Below, piece by piece: positions 11,571 to 24,488 of a stretch of DNA of 64,000 bases. Numbering within the stretch: position 1 is the stretch's first letter; every line of letters starts with the position of its first letter. The DNA comes from Octopus sinensis. Its lineage: Eukaryota. The stretch covers positions 20,274,001-20,338,000 of the forward strand of contig NC_043018.1 in assembly GCF_006345805.1 (NCBI RefSeq), in the 5' to 3' direction. The notes under the pieces were generated by a model. The model saw nothing but the letters and a program-made list of their open reading frames with translations. It did not search any database and was not told where the DNA came from. The position numbers and the translations under genes were made by a program.

Positions 11571-11660
11571 ATATACGAAAGAAGGTTTGAAAATGCAATT
11601 TTAAAAGATAAGTAAATAAACATCTTTTAAAATTGCATTTTCAAACCTTCTTTCGTATAT
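11571..11660. repeat. Perfect 39-bp inverted repeat with 13-nt loop
   Basis: ATATACGAAAGAAGGTTTGAAAATGCAATTTTAAAAGAT and its reverse complement at 11623-11660. Confidence 0.9.
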
Positions 11661-11697
11661 AATTCCACTCGTGTGGTACCCTACAACTCCACTTTGT

Positions 11698-11744
<47 letters not shown>

Positions 11745-12762
11745 GCACACATATATATAAAAAAAAGGCAGATAGGATAGTCACAACTGCCGTGTCTTCA
11801 ATCATGGGTCTGCTTAATCAGGCCTGGCCTTGGGCTAAACACTAACAACATCAAGATTATAAGAAGCTAGTGCTCCAGTATGGCCCTTCCAGTGATGGAA
11901 AGCAAATAAAAGAATGTGTGTGTGTGTGTGTGAATGTATTTGAAGTTGCTCTTTCATATAGATCACGTCATTGTTGACATAAGCTATAACCAAACCAACG
12001 AGTTATGCATTAAAAGGTGTGGGTCACAAACTGACTGTCAAATACATAACATATTGGAAGACAAAATGGAGAGAAGGAAGCATGAAAAATATAAACAACC
12101 CCCCCCCCCCAAAAAAAAAGGTGGAAAGTATGAAAAATCCTACAAACATGTCTACACAGAAATACTGCTTCTGTTTAGAAACATCTAGAATAATGATGCC
12201 CTGAAGACATCACAGTAAATATCAAAGCCATCGAATACCCCATTGCAAATTTGAGGATTAATGACACCATCCACATTAATCAGTTAAACCTGTCTATTAA
12301 CAGCAGATACAAACTGTATGAAGTGGATGGCTTGTTGCTATCATACCGGTTTGTGCATGTCACACTGCACTGGCCTACCTGTCTGCTCACATCTTCCTCA
12401 CTTGTGTATGCTAGATACCACTTCACTGTCGTCTTCTGTCCTCTTTTGATAAAGGGATTTTCACCCCGAAATATTGAGACCGTTGTCAATGCCATCATGT
12501 TCCCTTTTCCCTGTTAGCACAGGTTAACACACAATTCATTGAGGCAGATTTTCAATGGCCAGATGCCATTCTTGTTGCCATAAGAAAAAAAGACAATCGC
12601 CTTAACAAAAGCAGATAGTAAAGTAGATATTTAATTAAGCAAACAAACTGTCAAAATAGTGGCACCTAATTTTTAGATGGTTGGATATGTTTGTTGTGGT
12701 GGGAAGAAGAAAGAGTGTAGAACGAAAATTACTTGAAATGTTATCATTTTGGGTGTATGTGT

Positions 12763-13152
12763 ACTCTTTTACTTGTTTCAGTCATTTGACTGCGGCCATG
12801 CTGGAGCACCGCCTTTAGTCGAGCAAATCGACCCCGGGACTTATTCTTTGTAAGCCCAGTACTTATTCTATCAGTCTCTTTTGCCGAACCGCTAAGTGAC
12901 GGGGACGTAAACACACCAGCATCGGTTATCAAGCAATGTTAGGGGGGGACAAACACAGACACACACACTTATATATATACACATATATACGACAGGCTTC
13001 TTTCAGTTTCTGTCTACCAAATCCACTCACAAGGCATTGGTCAGCCTGGGGCTATAGCAGAAGACACTTGCCCAAGATGCCACGCAGTGGGACTGAACCC
13101 GGAACCATGTTGTTGGTTAGCAAGCTACTTACCACACAGCCACACCTGCGCC
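12763..13152 (-). mobile_element. Full-length family B SINE
   Basis: Reverse complement of head, CORE-like block, microsatellite and 3' module. Confidence 0.9.
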
Positions 13153-13682
13153 TGTGTATTTATTTTTTTTTTTTTACATTTTTTAAAAATTCTGTTGTTC
13201 CTTTTTACTCCCTGCAAACCGGGATATTTACTTATGTTTATTAACAATGAAAGTTTAGGATGGTGTTTCAGTCTGGACTGCTTTGTTTACGACACTTGAA
13301 ACTTTCAAGTGTCTCTCAACAGCCGCAAGTTTGATAATCTATTGGCAGGCAGACCAAGGGGCAAGTGTTGTAATCCATCAACAATTAAGATTCTATTTTG
13401 TGATTGACAGCGTTAATAATGCTACTCCAGTGAGTACACAAGACAGATTGAAGTACTATTCAGAGGTCGAGAAAATTAGGTTTTTTTTGTTGTTTTTTTT
13501 TTCTAAATCCATGAAGTAGATTATTGATTATATCCAGTTCTCTATTGATCTGTTTACATTGTTTACATTGTCATTGATTCAACAACCAAAAAAAACAAAT
13601 AAGTAAAAGAAGCAAATAAGATACCGGGACATATTAGTAGAAACCAGTTTTAGTTTTTGTTGGCTGGACTGGAGATATGTAA

Positions 13683-14055
13683 AAAGCACTATCCGAATCG
13701 TGGCCGATGCCAGCGCCGCCTCGACTGGCTTCCGTGTCGGTGGCACGTAAAAAGCACCATCCGAATCGTGGCCGAAGCCAGTGCCGCCTCGACTGGCTTC
13801 CATGCAGGTGGCACGTAAAATGCACCAATCCGACCGTGGCCAATGCCAGCCTCGCCTGGCACCAGTGCAGGTGGCACATAAAAAGCACCCACTACACTCA
13901 TGGAGTGGTTGGCGTTAGGAAGGGCATCCAGCTGTAGAAACATTGCCAGATAAGACCGGAGCCTGGTGCAGCCTTCTGGCTTCCTAGATCCCCGGTCGAA
14001 CTGTCCAACCCATGCTAGCATGGAAAGCGGGCGCTAAACGATGATGATGATGATC
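13683..14055 (+). mobile_element. RTE-LINE 3' tail (family C), sister of 5266-5640
   Basis: Same unit order and only scattered substitutions relative to 5266-5640. Confidence 0.85.
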
Positions 14056-14220
14056 AGTTATTCTAGGTTTCCACACAACATATTTAACTATTTAGCTTGT
14101 TTAACCCAGGGGTTCTCAGTCAGGGTATATATGGCCCCTGAGGTCCATATAAGATTTTGTGAGGGGGTCCATGCAACAAAATAGTGAATTGAGGACCCGC
14201 AATAGTTATTTTAACGGCTA

Positions 14221-14682
14221 TACAACATGATCTGTGTCCTTATATTTTCGGACAAGGGAGTCTAGCACCCTCACTCAGCTCAAGACAATATCCCAGAAAT
14301 CACGATTTCCAGGTTATTTCCCTTCATCAGCACAGAATAATTGTTCGGCTAGAGGTGGTGCTGCTAAATTCCCATTCGAAATATAAAGTTTTCAAAGTGA
14401 CAACTAATCACTGACCTATAAATTAGAAAATTACTATTCGTAAATCTCACAACGAGAGATATTCAGCAACAGTATTTGAGTGGGGGTGCTAGATTCCCTT
14501 GTTTGAAAATATAAGGACACAGGTCGTGTCGTAGAGCCAGCTGGAGACGATGTCTCCTGAGGCTAAATTACAGCAACATTTGTCCTAAACCAGGACTGCC
14601 ATGTTATGGCAAACAATCTTTACTCCAAAGTACTGTTGCTGAATATCTCTCGTTGTGAGATTTAAGAATAGTAATTTTCTAA
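14221..14682. mobile_element. Penelope-like relic with interleaved inverted repeats A-B-A'-B'
   Basis: A 14221-14276 pairs with A' 14477-14533; B 14423-14476 pairs with B' 14629-14682; degenerate CTGATGA...GAAA core on the minus strand near 14305-14335. Confidence 0.5.
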
Positions 14683-14767
14683 CTTTCAGTTCATCATTAG
14701 GTTCTTTTTTTTTTTTTAATTATCTATTTAATTATTCATTTATTTTATTTATTTATTTATTTTCCAG

Positions 14768-14843
14768 AGACTGCAAAGATTGTAGGATACTTACATTAGG
14801 AAATTACGATAAAACCCAAAACTATGGACTGAATGCCGGCAAG
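14768..14843 (+). CDS. MGAT2: MGAT2 coding exon, (K)DCKDCRILTLGNYDKTQNYGLNAGK
   Basis: Acceptor tttttccag, donor gtaagt at 14844; matches human ECPECDVLSLGTYSASRSFYGMADK. Confidence 0.95.
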
Positions 14844-15494
14844 GTAAGTTTAAACTTTGATGACCCTTCTCTCTCTCTCTCTCTCTCCATTACTTTTGCA
14901 AGTCTTAGTAGTGTAGGATGATGAGTGTGATTTCAGGAAAAGGGGCAGGAGCTTTTCAGAAGGGGTCAACTGTGGAGGCAAATGATTTGGTAAAGTGTTC
15001 AGTGCAGGAACTTGATACAGGGGACAGACAGTGAGACACAACGCAATAAGGATCAGAGTAAGGTGAGGTTGTAGAGTGGTCCTTTGTCAAAGGAATATGG
15101 AGCTTGGTAGTTCAAAGGAGCAGGGGCCATCATAGTAGCAGTAGTAGTACAAGAGAAAGGGTGTAGAAACAGCTGCTTTGTGTGATGGTGATGGAAGAGG
15201 AGACTTCACACCTGTGAAGAAGCGTGCATTTGTGAGAGAATATTTGCTAAACAAAGCATGACCTAGAATAGAAAGAAGCTAAAATGGAAAGTGAAAAAGC
15301 TTCGACAAACGTCAATAGAATATTTCCATTGTTATATACATCGCGACTGCATGTCCCTTAAACAATTATTTCAAAGACTTATTATTTGGTTTGCAAAATA
15401 TTCAATACTTTGAGACAACAAAACTAGCAAATAACAGTCAAAGTCTGTATTTCACTAAATAATATAAAAGCAAACAAAAAGTACAAACATGAAT

Positions 15495-15785
15495 ATAATA
15501 TATAATAATGAAATTATTGTATACAGTGCTCAGGTGCACCACAACTTGTCAGAAAGTGCATATAAAGTACATGCAGTAATGTAGAAATGTCTGGAAAGTG
15601 AACATGCTTGTGTGTGTATGGAGGGGAGAAAATCAAGTGTAGTGTTGGCGAATCTCAGGAAGCATGGAAGTTTTGAAGGATGCAGTGCTCCGACAACTAA
15701 CAACCGATGCCGGCAGCTTGTTCCACGCTTCAGCAACTCTCAGCGTGAAAAAATGTTTCCTGAAGTCATGGGAGCTGTGCTGTGT
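15495..15785 (-). mobile_element. Short 3' fragment of a CR1-clade LINE
   Basis: Shares the terminal GTGCACCTGAGCACTGTA block and the KHFFTLRVAEAWNKLP-coding segment with 16496-17007. Confidence 0.75.
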
Positions 15786-16495
15786 AATAGATCAAAAATA
15801 ATTTGTTTTTCTCCCTTTTAAAACTCCATTCTTTGTTCTTTGTTCTTTAATGTCTCACGTGTCACATATCTTCTGAAATCTATAGAGTCGACAACATGCA
15901 TCATAAGCACCCACTTGGTCAGATTTTGAGGGGATTTTTCCTGTTTTAGTAGATTATAACAAAAACTCTAGACATTCTTTCGCCATAGCCACAAGAATGA
16001 TCTGTGTCGGTGGCACATAAAAAGCACACCCACTACACTCACGGAGTGGTTGGCGTTAGGAAGGGGCATCCAGCTGTAGAAACACTGCCAGATCTGACTG
16101 GAGCCTGGTGCAGCCTTCGGGCTTCCCAGACCCCAGTTGAACCGTCCAACCCATGCTAGCATGGAAAGCGGACGCTAAATGATGATGATGATGATGAGAC
16201 CAGTTGCTCCAGCATGGTGTTCATTTCTCTGTTTCTATAATCAATATTGCAGCTATTGATCTCCTCCACAAAATCAGAATGGTGACAGCCCGTCTGAGAA
16301 ACAAGCCCTGCAAAGCGAGGTGGCCGTTAACAACAGCAAGTGCTGATGGCCTTTCTTTGAGGCAATGCCTTTGCTGTTATGTCCTCAGGGTGTGGCTAAA
16401 CACATCATTCGGACTGGGGCGTGTGGCCTGTTAATCCCTCCCACACCACCCTTTCATCACTTAATTCCATTTTTCTTTCCTTGTGTAGACTGGAG

Positions 16496-16496
16496 C

Positions 16497-16532
<36 letters not shown>

Positions 16533-17007
16533 TGTGTACAGTGCTCAGGTGCACTACAACTCCTCTAAAGTGTATATATAATCAGGTGTAGTTTCGGCAG
16601 ATTTCGGAAAGCATGAGGGCCTTAAAAGATGCAGTGTCATGGCAGTCAACAACTGACGCAGGCAGTTTATTCCATGCTTCAGCAACTCTGAGCGTGAAAA
16701 AATGTTTCCGAAAGTCATGGGAGCTGTATTGTTTTCTGACTTTGTAGGCATGTCCACGTGTGTTAGACACATGGAGATCAAAAAGGTGTTCAGTGTTGTT
16801 GTTGGTGAGGTGGTTGATAACTTTGTGGGTGTTTACCAAGTCCGTCGCCAAACGCCGGAGCTTCAGTGAATCCATGCCCAGGGAAACAAGGCGCTCAGAA
16901 TATGGTAGGTGTCTGATGGAGGGTATGCGTTTGGTTGCACGTCTCTGGACAGATTCCAGGAGGTCAATGTTCTGTGCAAGATAGGGGTTCCAAACTGTTT
17001 CGCTCAT
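16496..17007 (-). mobile_element. 5'-truncated CR1-clade LINE (RT C-terminus, 3' UTR, ATT tail)
   Basis: ORF VWNPYLAQNIDLLESVQRRATK...TRGHAYK...FFTLRVAEAWNKLP is the characteristic CR1/L2 C-terminus. Confidence 0.92.
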
Positions 17008-17812
17008 GAACCCAATGCATCGCCCGGTCTTAGAATCGAAACCACAATCTTATTTTTCCTTTTTGCTTCCTTCTAGAAGTAATTTTGGGGTTGCTTTTCT
17101 GAAGTAAAAGATGGCCTTAATTTTACAATAATTTAACCTTTTACACTCTTATTTATTTTTCATTTTTCTCTTCTAAGCATTTAATCTTTTTGAGCTCAAA
17201 TAAAGACTTCTGTTATATTGCAGCTTCCTATTAAGAATTTTATTAAACATGTTTCCAATTCTGATGCAAACCCAGCTCAAGCGGCATTTTAGTCTAGTTG
17301 TGGACAAGGTACCCAGCATGCTCTATAAGGTGTCTAGTGATAGGAAGGACATCCAGCCATAGAAAGTATGTCCAAAATAAACATGTGGCCCCCAACCTAT
17401 TTATGAGGGCAGTAACTTAGAATGAGAACTGGACTGGTCTGTGATGATGACCTGTGTAAAGCAGGCATGAAAAGTATATATTATGTATTGGTGATGAGAA
17501 TTGTGTAATATATGTGTATGAACTAATCCACGTCTAGATATATATATATAAGTTCAGCAAAATTTAGATTCAGATGAATATGGTACTTAAGTTAAAGGCA
17601 CCAGAATTTTGTATGGTATTATCCATATAAATCAAATGGGGTGATTATAATCAAAATAAGCAACAAGTATATCTGAGGTAATGTGGTACAATCGTTTCAT
17701 GCTACTTCATTTTATTAAACACTGTAAGTATTACATCAGTTTTAAAATGTCGAGCAATCTTCAGCCACATATAGAATTTTTTAATTAAACGGACAATCCA
17801 CATTCTTATACC

Positions 17813-17860
<48 letters not shown>

Positions 17861-19099
17861 TGTCTACTTGTTAACCAATTATGATCATCGCTGATAGGAG
17901 TATCAGCACAACACTACAACAACTAATTAGCAATAGCAAGAAGCCTAGAGAAAGCAAAGTACAAGATATTTGACTCGGTAGTGCAGTGGGTTTTATATAC
18001 AAGTTAGCTTTCTCCTAGATGGGTACCTTGACCCAGGCCAGGGGTCCCTCACTCCTAGTGGACTTACTGTGCCCACAGCAAATGAAACACAAGTAATGGA
18101 GAATAAATAACAAAATTTTTCCCACTTTCCTGTTCTGTTATATAATAACCCTGTAAATAATATTTTCATTATTCTCAATTTTAAAATGTATTTTGAAAAA
18201 CAATGACAAATGAGTAAGTCCTTTGGCAATATACTGTGCTTGAGAAGACTCATTAAGCCAAGTGAAATCGTAGTTGTGGCAGATACTGGTGTCACACAGC
18301 TGGCACCAGTGCCGGTCGCACGTAAAAGTATCCATTACACTCTGTAAAGTGGTTGGCATGAGGAAAGGCATCCAGCCACAGAAACCATGCCAAATCAGAC
18401 TGGAGTCTGGTACAGCCCCTCAGCTTACCAACCCTGGTCAAACCATGGACAACAGATATCGAATGATGATGATGATGATACAGCAGCAACTGTGACTACA
18501 TATTGGATTGTAATAATGGAATAAAAATGTACTTGAAGCGGAAACAGCTTGGATTTACCTGAACCAAGTATTTCTACATTCTGGTGCATACCTGCCTGGA
18601 ATACATTTATGCATACACACACATATATACACATTGTTGCATGGCTGTTGACTCCACTGAGATTCCTTTGACAGGTGTTGCTTTTCATACACCAGGCTAT
18701 CCAGTAAATCACCCTTCCCGACAAGCAAGCTTCACGGGGTTCTCGGTTTAGTTGCTGAGGACATGACCACGCAACACGTTGTGATAGGTTACATGTTACT
18801 AATAGCACTTAAGAATGCTGTGACCCTGCTACACACACACACACACCATTACATAATATAGGTTGTTAGGATAAAACCCAGCTGTTTTCACTTGAACCAC
18901 ATCTGTTTAATCCATTATTATGATCGAATATATGGTCACAGTCACAGCTGTATGGTAATCAAAATCTATATCAGAGTTGAGAATTATGGAAATAGTATTT
19001 GTGAAGCGAAATGGAAAAATGGAATTTCTTTTGTATTATTTATTTTCTGTTACACGTATTTCATTTTTTAATAGGAATCACAAAGATTTACATATTTCA

Positions 19100-19302
19100 T
19101 AATAATGTTCGTCCTTCGGGTTCGAAGATGACCACTGACATCATCTGGTGGAACTGCTGCTATGAGACCGGAGGTGGCTGGTGAGGCCAATCCGGGCAAG
19201 GAAGCCCCTCCCACGGGTGGGGCAGAAGTGGGTAGGGGCCGTGCTACTGGTGCAGGCGGCTCTGGCTTTCCGCATCTGGCGTTTCTGCTCCTCGGCTGTC
19301 CC
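19100..19302 (-). mobile_element. 3' end of an RTE-clade LINE with C-terminal zinc finger
   Basis: Minus strand reads KRQMRKARAACTSSTAPTHFCPTRGRGFLARIGLTSHLRSH, the RTE C-terminal CxxC...HxxxH finger with one Cys mutated. Confidence 0.8.
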
Positions 19303-19590
19303 TGTATATTATATAGACAACTAAAGAAATTTCCCCAAGTGTAACAATGTGTGTGTGTGTGTGTGTGTGTGTGTTTTGTATTCTGCCACTAATTGGCAAC
19401 TAGGGTTCTCCATAACTTAGCAGCTCAGCAGAAGAGACTGATAGAATAAGTACCAGTATCAAGTTGTTTGACTGAACCCTTCAAGGTAGTGTCACAGCAT
19501 GGCCACAGTCCAGTAACTGAAACAAATAAATGATAAAATATACTTTTACATATCAGAACTAAATTGTCCAAAGAATTCTTCATGTCTTAA

Positions 19591-19765
19591 CCATTTAGCA
19601 TTCAGATTCCTCTGTCAAATGTAATCCTTATTTATTCCCATTGTTTCGAATTAATCCTTTGAGATTTCAATGATCCGATAAGTGTGAAAGACCAAATATG
19701 GCCAATTTGAACATAAGACAGAAGGAACATTTTGGCTTGATACGGTCGGTTTAACTGCTAAAGGG
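19591..19765. mobile_element. piggyBac-like MITE (internally deleted)
   Basis: TTAA on both sides; ends CCATTTAGCA ... TGCTAAAGGG. Confidence 0.75.
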
Positions 19766-20295
19766 TTAAGGCGGAAGAGGAAATTGGTAGACTTGTTGAA
19801 GCATCAGATTAAATGCCTTGTTGCTATTTGTCTGAACTCTTTAGGTTCAAGGTTCAAATCCAGTCAAAATCAACTTTGACATAAAAAATTTTTAAAAAGG
19901 GTGGAAGTCAATGAAGAAAGTTGTACCCATCCAGGATGATCTGCAATATTCATTCCAGCTCTAAGCATGTTCAGTTCAAAGTCTACCCTGGACCATCATT
20001 ACAATGAAGTAACCCCTTCAGGGGTGGGCCAACAAAATTCGAGAACGGAAAAAAAATGCTATGGCACCAAACTCAAAAGAGTTTACATCTTTATTGAGGA
20101 CAATCTAAGAATGCAACCATGATGATGAGATTTGACGAAAAATGAAGGAATGGGGTTTTGGCTGTTAATGTTAGCATATCAAATGAACACACAGAGAGAC
20201 TGCCTTATTGATTTGCGCAGACTGTGATTGCAAATTTTAGTGGCTCCATAAAACAATTTGTGCAAAAAAACCACAAAGCTTTGTCACAATTAGAG

Positions 20296-20385
20296 CACGT
20301 AATATTATAAATACCTGGTTTACTGTATGTAATATTATAAATACCTGGTTTACTGCACGTAATATTATAAATACCTGGTTTACTG
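20296..20385. repeat. 30-bp tandem triplication
   Basis: (C/T)A(C/T)GTAATATTATAAATACCTGGTTTACTG three times. Confidence 0.95.
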
Positions 20386-20514
20386 CAGTTGGCAATTGGA
20401 GACAAAGACAGGAAAAAAAGCTTATTTCAAAGTATTGAAACTGTTTTTTTTTGTTTTTTGATTTATTCGTTGTCGCATTTGTTATCTGATTTTCTTTTGT
20501 TTTTTTTCTCTCAG

Positions 20515-20604
20515 GTGGAAATTGCTCGTTGGGTTTCATCTAAACACAACATGGGCATGGCATTTATTCGCCAGATGTGGTTAGATATTAAAAAATGTGG
20601 TCTG
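20515..20604 (+). CDS. MGAT2: MGAT2 coding exon, VEIARWVSSKHNMGMAFIRQMWLDIKKCGL
   Basis: Acceptor ttttctctcag, donor gtaagt at 20605; matches human VDVKTWKSTEHNMGLALTRNAYQKLIEC. Confidence 0.95.
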
Positions 20605-20714
20605 GTAAGTAAATACAATCAATTGATTTATTGCTTTATTGGGAACTTTGTTGTTCAACTGTGCCCCCCCCCCCACAAAATCCAGGCATTGTACCTATTG
20701 TAGAAAGGATTATT

Positions 20715-21600
20715 ATTATTAAGGTGGTGAGCTGGCAGAATCATTAGCATGCCATGGCAAAATGCTTAGCGGTATTTTATCTGTCAGTATGTTCTGAGTT
20801 CAAATTCTGCCGAGGTCAACTTTCGAGGTTGATCCAATAAGTACCAGTTATGTACTAGGGTCGATGTAATCAACTTAAACCCCTCCCCCAAGCTGCCCTT
20901 GTGGCAAAGTTATTATTATTATTTTCAAGGCAGTGAGCTGGCAGAACCATTAGCACACTGGACAAAATACTTATCCATCATTACGTTCTGAGTTCAAATT
21001 CCGTCAAGGTCAACTTAGCCTTTCATCCTTTTGGGATCAATAAAATTAGTACAAGTTGAACACTTGGTGTGGTCGGATGAGGTGTTGATGTATTTGACTC
21101 ATCTCCAAGCTGCCTTTGTGGCAAAATTTTATGCCATTATTGCTATTAACCCTTTCGTTACTGAATTTATTTTGAGATGCTCTGTGTTTCTTTCAATTAC
21201 TTAATTCTTTGTTATATTTAAAGTAAAATAACTTAGTTATCATTAAGCTAGAGTTAGGGACATAAATTGTGACTTAGGTTTGGTGGAAGGTTTTAATTCA
21301 GATCTTTTGAAAACCAGACATTTGTACTAAAGAGCCAGAGCCAGTTTCAGCTGGGTTGGTATCGAAAGGGTTAAGGCAATTAGCAGAGAAACTCGTTAGC
21401 ACGCTGGACAAAATGCTTTGCAGTATTTCTTCACGCCCTTTACATTCTGAGTTCAAATTCTGCTGAGGTCGACTTTGCCTTTCATCCTTTTTGATCGATA
21501 AATTAAGTACCAGTTGCATACTGGGGTGGATCTAATTGACCGGTCTCCCCGCTTCCCACAATTTCAGGTTTTATGCCCTATTGTAGAAAGGATTATTATT
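20715..21600 (+). mobile_element. Cluster of three family A SINEs
   Basis: Three heads (about 20720, 20927, 21375), each followed by core and ATT tail. Confidence 0.8.
21150..21370. mobile_element. piggyBac-like MITE, second family
   Basis: TTAA|CCCTTTCGTTAC ... GTATCGAAAGGG|TTAA. Confidence 0.85.
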
Positions 21601-22864
21601 ATTATTATTATTATTATTAAGGCAGCATTGTTAGCACCCAGACAAAATGCTTAGCAACATTCCTTCTGGCTTTATCTCTTGAGTTGAAGATCCTGTAAGG
21701 TCATCTTTGCCCTTCATGCTTTCAGCCAATAAAATAAATGTACCAATTCATTGTGCTTATCAAGGAAACTTTATCGCATCTAAACCCCACCCAGCCACCA
21801 TCCCAAATATGAAAAGCAAGCAACTAGCTACCATCGATCGGCTCATATATTTGACTTCACTGTCAAAGACGATATCTCTCTTTCCTCAAACGTTCACCCT
21901 TCAAAATAACAAACACGACAGTTCAGAAAACTCCTTTTTTTCTTCTTTTTCCTCTTTCTTCAGATACAGAAAACACTTTAGTACCCTCTCCCCCACATGC
22001 ACACATAATAACTATTAAAGCACTAGAATGCCTGGGTGAGGCCCACAATAGGGTACTACTCCCACCACTGGAATGTTGCTACAAGATGGTTGGGGTACGC
22101 TCCCCTGCATGCAATATATCAGATACACGCCGCTCCACTGATAACGAGCTAGAGGCGGGGCCCTTTTGGGGGTAAAAAATAGCAATAATGTTGGTTTGTA
22201 TGGAACAGCCATGTTGAAGTGGCAACAAACTTTACTTCTTGGTAGGGTCACTACTTTCATCTCTTACAGAAATGTTCTAATAATAAATGTATTGTCTTTA
22301 TTATACAAGTGGATTCCTTTGTGAAATCCTCTGGGTCCAGTCTTCATATTGCGTAGATAAACAAGTCCCAGCTCACTGGAGGTTTGAAACCCTTGTCCTG
22401 GCCTGTGAACATTGTTGTTCAGGGCATGACTGCTGTTGCATGCAGACAGCTTTGAGGAGTCACAGTTGAGAGAGCTGGATGTCAGGTGAGAACCAGGGTG
22501 GACAAATTACTCCAAAGGGCACCAGATGTTTCCCTGTCAGAGGTACCATCCCACCAGGACAGTTTACTGCCACCCTGGTCTTTGGGTGATTTTAGAGGGG
22601 TCAACTCTGTTAGCAAACATTCACTTGGACAAGGCTTCTCTCCCACCACCACCCAGTTTTTGGAGGCCCTGAAAAGAGTCAAGGGCTTTGGACTGTGCAA
22701 TAAATATATAAATAAAGACAACCAGAGTCTCTTCCTCTCTTCCACAGATAGCATCACTGTCGTCCCCACCATCACATAAGCAGTGTTCAAGTTACTGGGG
22801 TTGATGCTATCGACTAAATTGCCTTTCCTTGATATTCCTGGCCTTGTACCTAAATTAGAAACTC

Positions 22865-23365
22865 TCTTTCTCTTTACTCTCTTTTACTTGTTTCAGTCAT
22901 TTGACCGCGGCCATGCTGGAGCACCGCCTTTAATCGAGCAACTCGACCCCGGGACTTATTCTTTTGTAAGCCCAGTACTTATTCTATCGGTCTCTTTTGC
23001 CGAACCGCTAAGTAACAGGGACATAAGCACACCAGCATCGGTTGTCAAGCAATGCTAGGGGGACAAACACAGACACACAAACATACATGCACACACATAT
23101 ATAAAGTTAATCCAAACAAGAAAACACAGAAAAAAAGAGAAAAAAACACAGCAACACGAGGACGTGGAACAATTAAAGTATTATTGACGCTCAGGAAAGA
23201 AGGGAAGGAGGGTTTAACGTTTCGAGCGGAGCTCTTCGTCGGAAACAAGGAGAAGGAAAGATCCCAAGAAGGGAAGACAGAGGAAAAAAAATATATATAT
23301 ATATAAAAATCCATATATACGACGGGTTTCTTTCAGTTTCCGTCTACCAAATCCACTCACAAGGC
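22865..23365 (-). mobile_element. Family B SINE with a Penelope-like insert (about 23150-23290) in its microsatellite
   Basis: 3' module at 22865-23090, head-proximal block at 23315-23365; the insert carries a hammerhead-like motif. Confidence 0.75.
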
Positions 23366-23539
23366 TTATTGTTGTTATAATTATTATTGATCTTGCTAAC
23401 GAGAATCAAGTTATGAGACATAGCAACGAAATTTACAAAGACTAATGAAAGATGAAAGGGAAAATACTTAAGACATTGATCTGCTAATTGTTATCGATAA
23501 ACTGTTGCATTGTCCACATTCGTATATGTTTAAACGAGT

Positions 23540-23810
23540 TATTTGGTTCACTGTCATGCTTTCAATCGAAGTCTATTTCTTCACTACCTACAAGGGCTAA
23601 ACAGAGAGAGGACAAACAAGGACAGACAGACGGATTAAGTCGATCATATCGACCCCCAGTGCGTAACTGGTACTTATTTAATCGACCCCGAAAGGATGAA
23701 AGGCAAAGTCGACCTCGGCGGAATATGAACTCAGAACGTTAAGACAGGCGAAATACTGCTAAACATTTCGCCCGGTGTGCTAACGTTTCATCCAGCTCGC
23801 CGCCTTAATC
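23540..23810 (-). mobile_element. Family A SINE
   Basis: Reverse complement of head, core and tail. Confidence 0.85.
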
Positions 23811-24076
23811 GAAGTCCATCTGTCCCTGCCTTTCTCTCTCCTTTCCTCCTCCTCCTCCTCATATACAAATATTTGTCGTCTCCGCCATCGCCACCACTGT
23901 CATCATCGTCGTTGTCAACTTCTTTCCCGATGCATTTGCAAATACCGAAAAAAAAAAAAAATGAATTATGCTACCTTGAAACTTAGGAATACTTACGTAA
24001 GTGTCCCCCTCTAGGTTTGTTTCCTCATAACTTTCAGAAAAATGAATATTTTTTAATGAAACTTTCTACAAATACT

Positions 24077-24488
24077 GGATCTTTTCGGTTTGAACGGCAG
24101 TTTTTAACATAATTTCTAGGTAACTAAAAAAAATTTTAAACTTCGTATACTGTTAGAATGTGTTTATAAAACATCTCTTTCTCTTGGCTTTATTGAGAAA
24201 ATTCTATAGTTTGTAAGATATTTGTTGTTGTTTTTCTTCAATTTCAACCAATCAATGACGTCCATTGAGGTAAAAAAAAAAAACATTCTGTGCCGTATGA
24301 ATATATGTCCCTCGTTTATGAAACAGATTGGGTTTATTTACATTTGTGAAGAAAAAAAGATACCCTTCCCCCCACCCCTAACCCTAAAACAGATTGAAAT
24401 GCAATAGATCGATACTAGGGTCATAATTATGGGTGACAATTTCTTATGACACCGCTAGAAAAAACTGCCGTTCAAACCGAAAAGATCC
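24077..24488. mobile_element. Non-autonomous DNA transposon, Merlin-like
   Basis: Perfect 29-bp TIR GGATCTTTTCGGTTTGAACGGCAGTTTTT; 8-bp flanks CAAATACT / CAAACACT. The Merlin label rests only on the GG-starting TIR and TSD length. Confidence 0.75.

Noticed and set aside
12180-12520. GPCR-like LLLIDRF motif in the minus ORF 12280-12498
   Set aside because: The segment before it is polar, not a transmembrane helix, and no other GPCR motifs or splice support were found.
22280-22790. GC-richer block with ~100-aa ORFs on both strands
   Set aside because: No recognisable motif, the frames do not join and no donor is convincing; possibly an old repeat.
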